From Candidatus Iainarchaeum sp. (lineage in GTDB: Archaea > Iainarchaeota > Iainarchaeia > Iainarchaeales > JAFGBZ01), in contig JAFGBZ010000008.1 in the NCBI GenBank assembly GCA_016932875.1, positions 1-35,963 of the forward strand: DNA of 35,963 nt, given 5' to 3'. This document shows positions 34,564 to 35,963 of the stretch, in pieces. Position 1 is the first letter of the stretch. Each line of letters starts with the position of its first letter. The translations under genes were made by a program, and so were the position numbers. The notes beneath the pieces are model-generated. The model made no database searches. It was not told the origin of the DNA and was given only the letters and a program-made list of their open reading frames with translations.

Positions 34564-35310
34564 TTATTTTTGTTCTTCAAGGAATAAATCTGATTTAACC
34601 AAAACTGATACGCCTGTTTTGCTTATTATTATTGGTTTTAATTTTTCAGAGATTTTTGTGTTACGCATTTTTAGTATTCCAATGCTTCTGATGAAATGGC
34701 TTCCTATTTTTGTGTGATAAAGTAAAATTACTCCGTCAGCAACATATTCTTCAAGCCCGTAAAGAGAAGACTGTTTATCTAAAGAAATTTCATTGGTTAT
34801 TATTGTTGTGCATTCAATTTCTTTAAGCATTTTTCCTAGTGCAACAATTCTTTTTCTTGCATCAAGTTCTCTTTCAAAAAATAAACGGAAAATTACTCCT
34901 GGATCAATTACAACTCTTTTTGCATTTATTGAACGGATTGTGTCTTCAATTAAATTTTTTAAGCGTTCAAAATCATATAATTCGACCACAACTACTTTCA
35001 TTTTTTTTTCATTTATTAATTTTTGTAAATCCCAGCCAAATTCTTTTGCTCCTGCAATTATTGTTGATTCACTTTCTTCAAGAGAGATATATACTCCTGG
35101 TTCATTGTATTTTGTTGCACCTTCATAAAGAAACTGCCAGCAGAAAACGGTTTTTCCGCTTCCAGGGTCTCCGCTTAAAACAACTAAATTTCCTTGAGGA
35201 ATTCCTCCGTCAAGAAGTTCATCTAAACCTGCAATTCCGCTTTGAAGTCTGTCCCCTCCACGGAATGGTTTGATTTCAGCTACTTTTTTTTCAAGCATAG
35301 TAAAACACAA
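34564..35310 (-). CDS. Single-domain KaiC-like / RecA-superfamily ATPase
   Basis: GIAGLDELLDGGIPQGNLVVLSGDPGSGKT (Walker A at complement of 35149-35172). Walker B RVVIDPG. The overall KaiC/Rad55 (COG0467-type) pattern is present. An alternative start is ATG 35298. Confidence 0.85.
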   Translation of the reverse strand: MCFTMLEKKVAEIKPFRGGDRLQSGIAGLDELLDGGIPQGNLVVLSGDPGSGKTVFCWQFLYEGATKYNEPGVYISLEESESTIIAGAKEFGWDLQKLINEKKMKVVVVELYDFERLKNLIEDTIRSINAKRVVIDPGVIFRLFFERELDARKRIVALGKMLKEIECTTIITNEISLDKQSSLYGLEEYVADGVILLYHTKIGSHFIRSIGILKMRNTKISEKLKPIIISKTGVSVLVKSDLFLEEQK

Positions 35311-35385
35311 GTTGGTAAATAATAAAAAACAAATCTATAAATAGTCTTTAAAGATTAATAATACTGTTGCCTTTAAAGTGAGATT

Positions 35386-35910
35386 ATGGATAAATTAAAG
35401 CATTTGATTCTTATTGTGCCTAACCAAAGATACGGGGAAAGCATTATTGAATTTGTGAAGAAAATTGAAAGAAAATACAGTAAAATTTGTTATATTACTT
35501 TAAATGATCCTTATGCACAGCTGGAAAAATCTTTTGAGGAAAATCATATTGCAATAGAAAAATTTTTTTTCATTGATGCAATTTCAAGAGTGCTTAAAGT
35601 ACAGAAACAGAATTATAATAACTGTATAATGGTTAGTGCACCAAATTCATTGATTGAGTTAAGTCTTGCAGTAAGTGAAGTCATTGAAAAACATAAACCA
35701 GATGTTTTTATTCTTGATTCTCTTTCAACTCTGCTTATTTATGAAAACAATAATGCAATTACAAGGTTTATTCATTCAATTCTTGTAAAAATTGAAACAA
35801 GCGATGCTGAATTTCTTATGACTGTTCTTTACAGCGATGAAAAAAACAATGCAGTTGAAGAGCTTGGAATGTTTGTTGATGAATTAATGCAAATAAGCAA
35901 ATTCCAGTAA
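35386..35910 (+). CDS. P-loop-less KaiC/RecA-fold paralog (DUF835-like), 174 aa
   Basis: No Walker A motif. CYITLNDP...FFFIDAIS...APNSLIELS...DVFILDSLSTLLIYEN runs parallel to the 33920-34555 product. It is transcribed divergently from the KaiC-like ATPase. Confidence 0.55.
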   Translation: MDKLKHLILIVPNQRYGESIIEFVKKIERKYSKICYITLNDPYAQLEKSFEENHIAIEKFFFIDAISRVLKVQKQNYNNCIMVSAPNSLIELSLAVSEVIEKHKPDVFILDSLSTLLIYENNNAITRFIHSILVKIETSDAEFLMTVLYSDEKNNAVEELGMFVDELMQISKFQ

Positions 35911-35963
35911 TTAGTAAATAAATTTTAATAATTATTTTACTTCAGTAAATAATTCTTCATGTA

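Noticed and set aside
34793-35273. Plus-strand ORFs 34793-35128 and 34839-35273
   Set aside because: They are antisense to the KaiC-like ATPase, which has intact Walker A and B motifs.
35937-35963. Possible 3' end of a minus-strand gene at the window edge (..YMKNYLLK*)
   Set aside because: Only nine codons are visible, too little to support a call.
1-35963. Mobile elements, prophage or integrative island signatures
   Set aside because: No transposase, integrase or recombinase-like ORF is present, there are no terminal inverted repeats, and there is no tRNA attachment site. The TA pair alone is insufficient evidence.

Overview
Strongly AT-rich, gene-dense archaeal window. Archaeal markers are proteasome beta, KH/beta-CASP aCPSF1, NAC, a Fap7/AK6-type kinase, cupin-type PGI, archaeal PGK and a candidate RNase P RNA. 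The small housekeeping genes, giant surface proteins and bacterial-type GAPDH suggest a small-genome, DPANN-like episymbiont; this is inference only. About 55% of the window (19.8 of 36.0 kb, summed from ORF coordinates) encodes seven predicted secreted or membrane-anchored proteins. The main candidate system is at 31-12318. A 3153-aa secreted protein carries a LamG lectin domain, three tandem ~1.75-kb super-modules each with a 7-bladed FG-GAP/VCBS propeller, an FN3-like domain, a Cys-rich knot and CARDB-like domains. Its stop codon abuts the start of a 941-aa partner with Ca-binding, dockerin-like motifs and two C-terminal TM helices. I read this pair as a candidate host-attachment apparatus. 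Other notable loci are listed below.
- A glycolytic mini-cluster (type I gap, cupin pgiA, pgk) with an inverted-repeat operator candidate.
- An NFACT-N-only RQC-like gene followed by a degenerate repeat array.
- A mazEF-type toxin-antitoxin pair.
- A convergent pair of C-terminally anchored surface proteins (1348 aa coiled-coil plus 418 aa) sharing one hairpin over both stop codons.
- A GC-rich structured RNA (probable rnpB) on the opposite strand to its neighbours, followed by TTATGTATA repeats.
- A KaiC-like ATPase flanked by two P-loop-less KaiC/DUF835-like paralogs.
No CRISPR array, transposase, integrase, rRNA or tRNA was seen. All domain calls come from reading motifs by eye and need HMM or covariance-model confirmation.
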